From assembly GCF_035594765.1 (NCBI RefSeq), contig NC_085843.1:57582201-57646200 (forward strand): 64,000 nt of DNA, read 5' to 3'. Source of the stretch: Anolis carolinensis (Eukaryota). Positions 11,355 to 23,069 of the stretch are shown one piece after another (within the stretch, counting starts at the first letter, position 1; each line of letters begins with the position of its first letter). Position numbers and translations under genes: made by a program. The notes below the pieces were generated by a model that was not told the origin of the DNA, made no database searches, and saw only the letters and a program-made list of their open reading frames with translations.

Positions 11355-12477
11355 AGTGATTTGAGTGTTGGATTGTTGTAGCCCAGCCCCCATCTGAGCT
11401 GTCAGTTGAGCCTGAGGTTGGGTCTGTTCAGCCCGTGATTGTCCCTACACCTTGCTTGTCAGAGGACTCTGGGTTTGGGCCTGAGATTTCTGTTCCTATG
11501 CAGCCAGAGCTTGTCCCAGTGGATTCTGGGACCAGAGACATAATGGTTTCAAGCAGCCAGCTTGAACCTCATTCCTCAAAGAAGTCAAGGTCAGACCTTC
11601 TTTTGCCAGATGGGTATTCTAGTTCAGATTCTGGAAGTGGTAAGTTTAATGAGTTTGACAGAAAGAGTGTGATTAATCAGCAGAGGGGAGAAAGGGAGTG
11701 TTTCAAATGCAGCAACAGATTGTTATTGAAATGAAATAATGAGCAGGCTTTTCACAGGAAGAGAACTTGATTTTCCCTTAAGAAGGGCTGCTTTCTCTGA
11801 AAGATTCAGAGGTAGTAACTTGGCTAAATCGAGAAAGAGAGATCTCTGCTCCTTGTTCTTGTGGATTCCATGTTATTTCCTGCAGCTTTGTACCTTGATT
11901 CTTGATTCAGTCTTGTCCTTGCTTCTGTGGATTTTGGTGTCCAGTTGATGTTTCAGTAATCTTGCAGTTTGGATTTCTGCTCCAGCCAAGACCCTTGCCT
12001 TGTGTTTCAGCATTGATCCTGTACCTTGGACTAATCTTGGAGTTATGCCTCTTGTGTTCCAGTTTGATTACCTGTGTTCCTGTCTTGCCTCCTGCATTCT
12101 AGTTTGATACTGTGCCTTGGGCTAATCCTTGATATCTTGCCTGGACTAATCTTGATACCTTTATTGGGACTAATTTTGATATCTTGTTTGGACTGTTCTT
12201 TGAGTGACTTTTAAAGACTCTTGCTTCAAGATTCTCAAGTACTTTGTTCTTGTGGATTTAAACCACATTTGTTTGACTTTGAATTTTGAATTGCTATTGC
12301 TTGCATATGATCTTCAATAAAGAGCTTGCTTGTTTATACTCTGGGGCTCAAGTGTGATTTTAAGGTGTCCTGCAGCCTAGGGGTGCAACATGGATCATGT
12401 CTCTGGAAAACAGGGTTCGAATCCCCACTTGGCCATGAAAACTTACAGGGTGACCTTGGTCAAGTTGCACTCTCTCA
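11355..12477 (+). mobile_element. tRNA-derived SINE split by the solo LTR
   Basis: agtgatttgagtgttggat (11355-11373) resumes after the LTR as catgtctctggaaaacagggttcgaatccc (B-box GTTCGAATCC) ... gtgaccttggtcaagttgcactctctca. Confidence 0.6.
11374..12390 (+). mobile_element. Solo LTR (1017 bp), probably Gypsy-class
   Basis: Termini TGTTGTA...TGCAACA with a perfect 5-bp TSD TGGAT (11369-11373, 12391-12395). AATAAA near 12316 and internal ggactaatcttga repeats. No coding part. Confidence 0.85.
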
Positions 12478-12647
12478 AGCCCCATCTACACTGCCATATA
12501 ATTCAGTTTCTGAATCCATATTATCTGCTTTGAACTGGATTATATGAAAGTATAGGCGCATATCATCCAGTTCAATCTGCATTATATGAATCGGCACTGG
12601 CCATTTTAATTCAGTTCAAACTGTATTGTATGGTAGTGTAGATGAGC
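12478..12647. mobile_element. PIF/Harbinger-like MITE
   Basis: TIRs gccccatctacactgccatata ... tgtatggtagtgtagatgagcc, with TCA on both flanks. Same family as the copies at ~34745 and ~58369. Confidence 0.65.
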
Positions 12648-13094
12648 CTCAGTTTCCATTGGAGATTTGAATCCTGGTCTGTCAGAATCCTAGTCAAATG
12701 CTCAAACACCTATATCATGCTGGGCTCTCAAATATTTGCTTACTGAGGCATTTGATACATACTCTGATAAAAAAATAAAACCATAACTTTACAAAAGAGT
12801 GGTGAGAGTGACAGCAGGAGGTAATGCATAATTACATGTGTATAATTATCTCCTATTATTCACATTTTAAACAAAAATAACATCCTGCATCTTCTTTATT
12901 TTGTATCCCCTGATCCAAGATACATGACATGACATGCAAATTATTTGATGAAATATATGACAGAAAATGTACTTACATAAAATTGATTGTTTCAGTAAAA
13001 TGGATTGTCTTATGACTGAATATTATCTAAATATTGTAAAAAAAATAGGATTCTGTATATTTTGTTTTTCCAAAATATATTTTACAAATCGGAT

Positions 13095-13355
13095 ACTAGA
13101 ACATGGAGCACTGGATTCAAATTTCAGGAAGAGAGATTCCACTTAAACAGTAGGATGAACTTTCTGGTGGTCAGAGCTGTTTGGCATTGGAACAAACTGC
13201 CTCAGAGCATAATGGAGTTTCCTTCTCAAGTGGTTTTAAAGCAGAGGCTGAATGGTTATCTGCCATGGGTGCTTTGGTAGTGTGTTCCTGCATGGCAAGG
13301 GGTTGGATTAGATGGATCTTGTGGTGTCTTCCAACTAGGATTCTACTCTCTATGA
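13095..13355 (+). mobile_element. CR1 LINE 3' fragment
   Basis: Translates as RFHLNSRMNFLVVRAVWHWNKLP...LKQRL (CR1 ORF2 end), followed by the ggttggattagatgg...gtcttccaac...attcta 3' terminus. Confidence 0.75.
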
Positions 13356-15149
13356 AATTACTATATTAAATATATCAGGTTCCTGTAACATTGAAAAGTT
13401 TACATTACAGGAATCATTTCAATATAATTGAAATCACTTTTTACTGAATATGATCTTCAGATTCTAAAAGGGTCTAAGGATTCTTTGCCGGACACTTGGT
13501 GCCCATTGTTGCAACAACATGGCTTCATGCATTTAGTCCCATGTAGATGCATTTTTTTGCTTCTGAATTCCTCAAAACCTGTCATCTTTGCAAGAATAAA
13601 AAAGGTGTTCAAAAGACAGAAAGAAAGAAAGAGGAAATGGATCTGTTTGAGGAGGTATTTCCGTCTTACAGAAATGTCTACATATTCTTATGATTAAAAA
13701 TAATTATCTACAGAAAATGGGAGTCACATTCATATGCACTATCAGAAGTTCAATAGCACAGGAATATGCAGAAAAGTAAAATGAGGACATTTCAAAAAGT
13801 TCATGCCAATTTTGGGGGAAAATATTTTAAATCTATCATTTGGGGTCTGTTAATAGTTCCTCTCATTAGGAGAGAGGAAGTCACACTGAGAATATATCTC
13901 TGCCTTCTGATTAAGCAATGAGCCAATACAGCTGTAAATCTTCTAGAAATTCCCCATGGTTCAACTCAAAAGAGCAATGTTTTACTCTTTTCACCTCCCA
14001 TCCTTCATTCATAGACCAGCATTGTGATAACTACACAGGAAAACTTTTAATCATGCTGTTAAAAGCAAGAAGCAACTTTTAAAATTATGATCATTGCTAT
14101 TCCTGAGATTTGTATCTCTGTTTTCTCCATGATATTCCTTGAATGACAGAAAGAGCTATAAAAATGCAATTAGTTTACCAATGACATAGGAGAGTAATGA
14201 TAAATATTTAGGTCACAACTCCCTTCCCCTGCTCTGTCTGCAGCACCATGCAAGAAAATGGCACACAAAACTATGAAGTGAAACAAAACTCTGTAAATGA
14301 CCTGTATATTCTACATATGCTTTTGCTCCAAAAAGAGAAGAAAGTGTACATTGACTTTCCATTGTTTTTCATATTATGTGGTATGTCCAGGTTTAGTGTT
14401 ACTTAGCATTGACCAATTTGAATCAGTAAGCTGAAAATAATAATGCCAAGTTGAAGCCCCATGTTGTTCCACTTACAGTCTAAATTTATTTAGAAAGGAA
14501 AGAAATGGCTTTCTGTTCCTAAAGGGGGTTTCTCCATGTGCTGGAACTAATTTTACCCTAATATGAAATTCATGGGTTTGCCACTAGTCGACAGGTGACT
14601 TGAAGGCACATATCCACTCAAAAATTATTTTAGCTTATTCATTTTATCCACCTTATAATTGATTTGACACCCTGTCTTATCTCAAAGGCTCAGAACATGT
14701 ACCATCATGTTAACACAGAGAGATATGGAACTATCAAAGGAAACATTAAGATACATAAATCTCATTTAAATAATACCTTCTGCTTGGCCATATAATCCAC
14801 AATAAAATATATTTCACCAAATGGCAGGATCAACAATGGCAAGTTTGTGATTTCTGTGTCAAGGGGAAAATGAACCTACTGTAGTATTTAGCTTAAACTT
14901 TAAAGGAATTTTCCTAAGGTGCTCAACCCCGTCTACAAAAAAATTGTTTCATACCTTGGATAGGCCAGACTAAGGATTTCATCACATGCAACCCGCCCCC
15001 AACCCATTTCTTAACACTGCTAAAACAGTTCCCTAGTGAAGCATCACAGAACCCATCAAACAATGCTAACAGGCTTCCACCTATCGTCTTTGAACTGTTT
15101 TAGAAGTATTTAGAAATGGGGGGCATAGAAGACAAGTGTAATTATCTTC

Positions 15150-15831
15150 AAAGTTCATGTTTCGGGTGAAAATGGGAGAAAGCAGTGAAAAACATATGGG
15201 ATAAGATCTATCAAATTTCTAGACCTTCCTTTTAGTTCCAATTCATAATCCTTTGTTTCAGTCCATTCCAAAGAAGCCAGTTACTTTGAACACAATTGTG
15301 TTTTATCATTTCCCAATCCTTGATTGCCCCATCTGGATTTAGGAGGTCTCTTATCAATTGCATTCAGTTTTTGTTTTAAATTTGTCATCACTTTACCAAA
15401 TATCTGTTCCTTCTTATTATCTAAAAACACTACTGGAAGTATATCTACTTTATTTATTTGTAATTTACCTCACCATTTTTTTCCAGCACTCCATGGATGA
15501 GATCATTGGTACCCCTTTGATTTCTTTTAGAGTTTTATTGTCCACCCATCTTTTTAAACATAAGCAATTATGCCATCCGTTTATTGTTTTTTTCAATTTT
15601 GACCCATCTTCTTGAGTAATCAAAATCTAATTCTAACAATCTTGTTAATTGACAGGCTTCAAAATAGTCTTGTAGATAAGGTGCTCCCCATCCATTTTTT
15701 TTCTGGGGAGTAAAATACCGAATTGACAATTCTATTTTTATTTTCTCCTGCTATCCAAGTTTCTATTGAATTGTCCAATTTCTTAATTATTTTGCTGGGG
15801 ATACTATATGGAAGGACTTGGAACAGGAATA
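15150..15831 (-). pseudogene. Decayed L1/Tx1-type ORF2 fragment, 3' part (downstream of the DIRS insertion)
   Basis: Minus-strand LFLFQVLPYSIPSKIIKKLDNSIETWI... continues in frame from the fragment at 20749-21435 once the DIRS element is removed. The left boundary is approximate. Confidence 0.7.
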
Positions 15832-16002
15832 GTATAACTATGTTGCTGGGCAGATTTAGGGACAGTTGGACAGGCATGATTTTGGGCTCTTGTTGCTGGG
15901 CAGATTTGGATGGTAGTTGGTGGAATGAGGTTACTTTGAATTTCACACCTCTTTTATGCTGCCTTTTTTGCCACGTTTTGCAGTCAGTCAGCCAATTTGG
16001 TC

Positions 16003-16344
16003 GCCATTTTGTTTGAGGGCACGTCGGCCATTTTTATTTCTGGCATTACAGCCATTTTCCTGGTTCGGTGGCCATCTTTGTTTGGGTAATGCCTATTTAT
16101 ATGGATGGCCCAGAGGCCATTTTTATTTTGGAAGCGGCGGACATACTTGTTGGGTCAGGTTGGCCATGATTATTGGCAAGTCAGCCATTTTATTATCCAT
16201 CAGCCATCTTTGTTGAGGGCACATTGGCCATTTTTGGTTCGTCACATTTGCCATTTTGTATAAGACCAGTTCTCATCGTTATATTGGTGGTGGCCATTTT
16301 TATTTTGGGCCAGCGGCCATCTTTGTTGGCATGGTGGCCATTTT
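16003..16344 (+). promoter_or_regulatory. Co-oriented array of 12 GCCATNTT (YY1-consensus) motifs in the DIRS leader
   Basis: Exact GCCATNTT at about 16003, 16027, 16051, 16071, 16116, 16184, 16203, 16227, 16250, 16293, 16316 and 16337, mostly 19-24 nt apart with variable spacers. YY1 binding is inferred. Confidence 0.6.
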
Positions 16345-16657
16345 TGTTTAGGGCAGCAGGCATTTTAAGTTGGGCCTAGTGGATAATTTGTATGGGCTGC
16401 AACCATTTTGTTCAGGCCTAACTGCTATTCACTTACATAGGCAGCAGTAATAGTTAGGTTTTGTTAAGTATTAATTTATTTAAGCTGGGGGTAATTACTA
16501 ACTATGGATGAGTTTATTAATTGATATGAATTATGGAATTAATTGATTGATAAACTGCTTTATATTGGGATATTTTATATATATAATATTTATTAATATA
16601 TAAAATAGCAATGACAATGGTTCATTAATACTAGTAATGCATTTAATAATTCAATGT

Positions 16658-16660
<3 letters not shown>

Positions 16661-16732
<72 letters not shown>
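16661..16732. repeat. Compound (CA)n(TA)n microsatellite
   Basis: Directly visible. Confidence 0.95.
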
Positions 16733-16738
<6 letters not shown>

Positions 16739-17314
16739 AGTCATGCCAGTTGCATGACCTTGGAGGTGTCTGTGGACAACGCCGCCTCTCCGGATTAGAA
16801 ATGCAAATGAGCACCAGCTCCTCGACCTCCCCCCTCTCCCCCCTTTTTTGTACAGTGCTTTTGTACAGTAATTTTACAGTATGGAACCAATGAAGAATAT
16901 CGGGGGGGGGGGGGGCAAAAGGCAAGGGCCCAGCCAAGAAAGCTCCTGCCAAACGCCATTCCCCTTAAGTGCTTCTGCAAACAAGGAGAAAGATTCATCC
17001 CAGCTGTTGAAGGCGCTGGTTGCACGTATCGATTTGCTCAAAAGAGAAAATCGCTGCAGAAGCCATTCCATCCACCTCTGTGGCGGCAGGGGAGGTGAGG
17101 CGTGTTACCACTGCTTTAGGTAATGGGGATGCACACATTTTCCCCTGGGGAGTGGCTGATTCTCAGGATGTAAATTCAACTCAAACACCTCCAGAGCCTG
17201 TCCTCTCTACCAGCAGCATGCAATTAGCTATTTTGGCCCCTGTTGTAGGGACACCAAGCCTTGTGGGATCTTTGGTTACTGCAACTCCCACTATAGAAAG
17301 CTTACTTTGTTTTT

Positions 17315-18830
17315 GCACTAGGTCCCAGAGCCCCTTTTAGACCTCCAAACTTGAAGTCCATTATTGGCATGGAGGACGTGGTCCTTGCAAAAATTAATAA
17401 AGAAGTCACTGAGGGTAGGCTTCTTGGCCCATTTACTTCACCTTCCACACCAATGTTTAGGGTTTCACCACTAGGGATTATTCTGAAGAAGGCCCCGGGA
17501 GAGTATGACCTCATTCACCATCTTTCCTATCCCAGGGGAAGATCAGTGAATGACACAATTCCGGAGGATTTTTGTACGGTCCATTATACTTCTTTTGATT
17601 TGGCGGTTAAGAAACTTAGGGCTCGTGGGCCGGCAGCTGAGTTGGCAAAGTGTGACATGAAGTCTGTTTTTCGCCTTCTCCCAGTGCACCCACTGGACTT
17701 TGAACTGTTGGGTTTTCAGTTCAACAGGTTGTACTATATGGATAGGGCTCTTCCAATGGATTGTTTAGTTTCTTCTGCTGCTTTTGAATCCTTCAGCACC
17801 TTTTTAGAATGGGCCCTTAAATCAAAATCAGATTTATCGGGGGTGGTTCATTATTTGGATGATTTTTATTTATAGGAAAGTGTGGGTCTGGAGAGTCGGA
17901 GACGACTAAATGACTCAGCAGCAGTGGGTCTGGAGAATGCAAATTTTTGTTGCATTCTTTTCAAGAATTGGCTGATCAATTAGGGGTCCCCTTGGCCCCA
18001 GAAAAAACTGAGGGCCCTGCTACTAAATTGAACTTTTTGGGGATTGAGCTTGATACAGTTCAACAATCTTCTAGTTTGCCCCTTGAGAAGGTATCAAATT
18101 TAATAGATAGGATCCAATCCTTTGTTACCCATAACAAGGCCACTTTACGTGAGTTTCAGAAAATTATTCGGCATTTAAATTTTGCATGCAGAGTGGTAGC
18201 TCCTGGGTGCGCATTTTTGCGCAGGCTCTGTGATGCTATTTCTGGCACCAGACTTCCACATCATCATGTGCAGATTACCCATAGGATTAAGGCTGATTTG
18301 GATATATGGTTGCAGTTTTTAAGTCAATTTAATGGAATTTCTTTTTGGAGGCAGGACCTATTGTTGAAAGATGCCCTTCAGATAGCGTCCGATGCCTCTA
18401 GAGCCATTGGTTTTGGTGTATTTTTTTAATGGGCATTGATGTGCTGAGTTATGGCCCAAGGATTGGCATACTAGGGGGTATAACCTCTGATTTAACATTC
18501 CTGGAGTTTTTTCCCATTTTGGTAGCAGTGACGCTGTGGGCAGATCAATTGGCAAATTCCACTGTCCATTTTTGGTGTGATAACCAGGCCACAGTACAGG
18601 TTATCAATTCGCTAACATCTAGGTCATCCAGACTGATGGAGGTTTTGAGGTTTTCTACACTCCACTGTCTAAAAGTATAACATACTGTTTAGAGCTTTTC
18701 ATATCGCAGGGACAGATAATTCTCTTGCTGATGCTCTGTCCCGTATGCAGATGGAATGCTTCAGGAAGCTTGCCCCCAGCGCAGATTTGCACCCTCAGAG
18801 CATGCCGGTCCATCTTTGGCTACGACTTCC
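17315..18830 (+). pseudogene. DIRS/Ngaro reverse transcriptase-RNase H (frameshifted)
   Basis: Motifs SPLG, LIHHLSYP, AKCDMKSVFR, LPM, HYLDDF, LGVPLAPEKTEGP, FLGIELDT, SDAS, LEFFPI, WCDNQA and DNSLADALSR, spread over ORFs 17351, 17947, 18429 and the following frame. Confidence 0.9.
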
Positions 18831-19682
18831 AGAAAATCTTACATCAGATCAGTGCAGGAGTTCTATGAGTTCAAAAAGTTGCATGCCATAAGTTCTGTTT
18901 CACCGGTTCCATATGAACATGTCGCACAGTTTGGCATTTTTCTTGAAAGGAAGGGGTTGGCCGCTCAAACCATTCATGCCAAGTTATCCGCCCTGGCTTA
19001 TTGGCTTAAGGCACAGGGCTTTCCAGATGTCACGGCCAATTTTCAGCTTCGCAAATGGCTGGAAGGCTTGTCTAGAGAGCAAGCTAGGCCACGAGACAGT
19101 CACCAGTCATTGACCCCTGAAATTCTTAAAGGTTTAAAGCAAATTTGGCCCCAAATTTGTGAATCCCAATAGAAATCTGTGTTATTCCAGGCAGCAGCTC
19201 TCACCGCTTTCTTTGGGGCTCTTCGAGTTAGTGTGTTGGCCACCTCTTCAAAGGTGGATCAATCTCGAAGAGCTCTTCAATTTTCGGACCAATTTGCAGC
19301 TCCAGCAGGACAAATTAGAATTGGTAATTCTAAAATGGATCAAAAGGGGAAGGGTTCTATTATTAAATTGGGACGTTGTAGTGACTCTGAAATATGCCCA
19401 GTTGCAGCATTGACATCTTTTGTTGCATGCAGGGGGACAGCAGCAGGTTTCCTTTTTTGTCATCAGGATGGAGCGCCGTTGACAAAATACCAGTTCTGGG
19501 CTTTGACTTTCAGAGCTTTAAAAATGCTGGGGATCAAGGATCAGAAGTTTGGTATTCATTTCTTTAGAATTAGAGCTGCTTCCACTGCCACTGTAATGGG
19601 CAATTCAGTAGACAAAATTAAATCATTGGGCAGATGGAAATCTGGTGCTTACCGTGTGTATGTGCATCATATGCCAGATTAG
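18810..19682 (+). pseudogene. Tyrosine recombinase of the DIRS/Ngaro element (internal stop near 19170)
   Basis: An N-terminal helical domain (SLATTSRKSY...LSALAYW), then catalytic motifs FFGALRVS (R), SKMDQ (K), HFFRI (H-x-x-R) and LGRWKSGAYRVY (W, Y). Confidence 0.9.
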
Positions 19683-19686
19683 TTAC

Positions 19687-20247
19687 ATGGCCTTGTTTTT
19701 TGCAGAACCCACCCTGTTGGTGAGTAGATGCCGCGTCCTGATTTGCGGGCACAGTTATGTGTACTGGGCAGAGCGACAGGCGCGCAGAGGTCCCTACGGC
19801 CAGCATCTCGGCCTCGCTTCCATGGCTTTCGTGGAGTGGAGGGGAAGAAGAGGTCTGTGGTGGTATGGTTTGCTCCCATTGTTGTTTGGGTCAGGGGTCC
19901 GTTTTCCTTCTGACTTTATTGTTATTCATTTGGGAGGCAATGATTTGGGACTGCTTAAAGGCAGGACCCTTTTTCTTCAAGTTTTGAATGACATGCACAA
20001 GATCCAAGAGGTGTGGCCTCATACCGGATTGGAATGGTCAGCAATTATTCCTGGGCTATGTTGGCCCTATGGGAATGGCAAAAAGTTGGATAAAGCATGG
20101 AAGCGGGTCAATCGGGCCCTTTGAAAAGTTTTAGAGAATGGCATGGGTTATTATATCCCACATGACACCACTAGGTTCAATTATTCGAATCTGTATCGGG
20201 CTGATGGGATCCATCTGGGCAACCAAATTTTCCTAGATGACCTATAA
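19687..20247 (+). pseudogene. SGNH/GDSL hydrolase-like ORF of the Ngaro element (one in-frame TGA at 20122-20124)
   Basis: Block I VLICGHS, block II GRRG and block III IHLGGNDL. After the TGA, in the same frame, block V YRADGIHL (20203-20214). Stop at 20245-20247. Confidence 0.8.
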
Positions 20248-20748
20248 AAAGGAATTAGGGAAATTCTTGTGAATTTGGTGGGGGTCAGGAGCTAAATAGA
20301 CATTTGCTCCTGATCTGTGGCAGAATGCTTAGGAGAATCTCTTGTTCTGGTGTGCACCACAAGGCACCTCAGTTTTGGTGTTAGCCAGAGGCTTGAATCC
20401 TTGCTTAGGGTTTGTACAGCCCCGGCGAGGGTGAACAATTATGGCCTTGGAATGGGAGACTTTGACCTCATTTGTTTTGGAGGCAAAACTCTCCACCACA
20501 TTCCCCTTCAGGTCATCCAGGTTTAGATATGCTGGGGACCTGGTGTTTCACCCTAAATTCAGTTTAATGGATGGTCGGGCAGGACCACCGATATTGGCTT
20601 ATGCCTTACTAAATTCATAGATGGCTATTGAGATTTTGGCCCTAGTTCCAAATCAAAAGTTAAATAGGTAACTATCAATAAAGTTGCCCAGTTTTGAACA
20701 CAAGTTTACTTGTCTTGTCTCGTTATTTCGGTGGGTTGGAGGGCAATA

Positions 20749-21435
20749 AAAATTTGGGGAGAACCATCATTTCATTATCCTAATATTGTTTGACATTTCC
20801 CAGTTCAGATTATTCCAACTGTGAATTTGGTTATTTACTTTTTTCCATAAGTGGTTATAATTTGATTGAATTATATTGTTTAAATTTTTGGTAATATAAA
20901 CATCTAAATATTTTAATTTGTTCTCACCTAATTTTATCCCGGATATGGTATATATTTCTTTTAACTCTTTCAAAGTCAGGTTTTATTTAAAATTTCTGAT
21001 TTTTGAATGTTAATGGCCAACCCTGATAGATTCTCAAATTTCTTTATGGTATTAATAACGTCTTTAATAGAGTCCTCTGGTGATCCCATTAGAACCATGG
21101 CATCATCTGCAAATAAGTTAATTTTGATTTATTCCCTCCCAATTTTAATGCCTTTAATTTTCTCATTATTCCTAATAAAATTGGCTAAAGGTTCTATTGC
21201 CAATGCAAACAGGATAGGGGAGAGTGAGCAACCTTGTTTAGTCCTGCTTTTAATCTTAATTGTTCTTGTTCTGGTTCCATTGATAAGTAATTGTGCTTTA
21301 TTATCTTTGTAAAGTCCCTTAATTACTTCACAGAACTCTTTCCCCAAATTAGATTCTTCGCAGACTTGATGGAGATATTGATGGTTGACCGTGTCAAATG
21401 CTTTGTAAACATTCAATTTTAATAACAGAGTTTTA
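20749..21435 (-). pseudogene. Decayed L1/Tx1-type ORF2 (RT) fragment, 5' part
   Basis: KAFDTV, TKQGCSLSPILFALAIEPLA, FADD and KYLDVYI...NYNHL motifs on the minus strand. Confidence 0.85.
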
Positions 21436-23014
21436 CTTTTTCTCTCGTAGCTGAGAGGAGAATGGGAGGAAAGAAAAGGAGCCCAGAAAAGGGCTCTCTG
21501 CTTTAAGAACTATGCCTTCTGTCTTTTCTATGGATGGTTTAGCTAGGGGTGGGAGGAGTTGAGCCTGTAAATTCCCTGTCTTTTTAAAAGTCAATATCCT
21601 ACACAAAGAAGATGATTTCACCAGGCCTTCCCCATTTTTCCCAGTTCCATCTGCAACTTGAAAACAGCTGATATGTGGGGAAGAGGCTACACTGCTTAAC
21701 AAACATAGAGGGGGATTGCTTGTTGAGAGAGATTTCAGATCTATGCAGAAACAATAAAAGTCAATTCCAATGGCATTATCAGATGTAATCTACTGTAATT
21801 CAATGAGCAAGATGCCACCCATTATTATCTGGTTATATATTGAATACTATTATATTATTATCATTGGCTTGTTGACATTTTACACTTTCCCCCTTTCTCT
21901 CTCTTTCTGCTCTTCTTATTTCTTTCACTTATTTCAGTTTCATTTTGTTTCCTTTTGACAGGATATAGTGCTTCCCCCCCCCCCAATATGGCATCTCATT
22001 GTGTACCAAACTTTGTTTCCCCTACACACATGGGACCCTGACTGAGGTTACTATAGTTCATGCAGGAGACAGTCAGTAACCAAATGATTTACTTGCTAGC
22101 ACTGTATAGCTCCTTTTGAAAGAAATAACCAAAGCCCTAATCAATGAAAGCAAGAAGAAAAATCATATGAAATATCAGAGAAAAAACAAATATATACTAA
22201 AATATAGATGTAAAATAAGAGACATGGTGGAGAGGAGTGAGAAAAAAATGACTGTTTTATCTAATACCTTTTTTCAAAGGTACAATCACTAATGTGCACA
22301 TTATGAAGTCAGACAAAGGACGAGTGTTGGCACATTCACCTAAATCACTGCTTCACCTCATTGCATTCCAATACATCAACTTCACTCTCAATTTAGCTTG
22401 CTGCAAAAGTAGAAGACTTAATTTGTGAAACCGCCCACACTTTAGCAAAAAATAATGCAACCTCCTATTTGCCCATTTTTTCCTGCAGACTGTTCATATC
22501 TCTGTGAATGAATAAATTCTATAGTCTTTATTAATTCTACTAATGTACTGGAAATCAAATATGTAATTTATTCATCAGTTTCTATAATATCAAATTATGA
22601 AATTATGAAAAATATGTTTATTTAAATTAACACTTTCCCAAGCTACATTTTGTAAATATTTCTTCTTTTAGTTTATAATTCTTTCCTTTATAGTGTTGAC
22701 CCATATACTGGGGATATGAATTTGGTTAAAACTTGAAGCATTTATTATTCCATCAGTTGATGTTAAATATCATAAACTTTGAGCAAGGTATTGAATTATT
22801 TTTAAATGCTCTTTTAAAACCAAAACTTGCAAGCATAAGCAAAACACATTTCCTGTATCCTTCATCCTACAATAAATCGACATTTCACATCATTAGAATA
22901 CAAGTTCTTATGTTTACTTTGTTGTATGGTTTCCTTTAGACAATTGAAAGTTTTGCTTTATGTTGGAAACTCCCCTGAGACCTTTTGAGGAGATGAAGCG
23001 GTATATAAATAAAG

Positions 23015-23068
<54 letters not shown>
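23015..23068. repeat. (ATT)n tail of a short L2-derived 3' fragment
   Basis: An (ATT)n run preceded by ...ccctgagacc...gaagcggtatataaataaa. Confidence 0.85.

Positions 23069-23069
<1 letters not shown>

Larger units (their letters stand above)
15832..20748 (+). mobile_element. DIRS-order (Ngaro-like) tyrosine-recombinase retrotransposon, decayed and internally deleted
   Basis: Order: non-coding leader, gag remnant (~16881-17300), RT/RNase H, tyrosine recombinase, SGNH hydrolase, then an AATAAA-containing terminus. The boundaries are fixed by in-frame restoration of the host L1, with AATA shared at both junctions. Confidence 0.9.

Noticed and set aside
7422-11356. RTE target-site duplication agtaagcaa / agtaagaaa
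   Set aside because: It is imperfect, not adjacent to the 5' end, and indistinguishable from the (TAAG/AAG) tail.
12410-12430. tRNA genes suggested by GTTCGAATCC-type boxes (also near 24550 and 43700)
   Set aside because: These are SINE heads and form no complete cloverleaf.
15990-16420. CRISPR-like repeat-spacer array
   Set aside because: The repeat is only 8-10 nt with 10-15-nt spacers, in vertebrate DNA inside a retroelement, with no cas genes. It is treated as a motif array.
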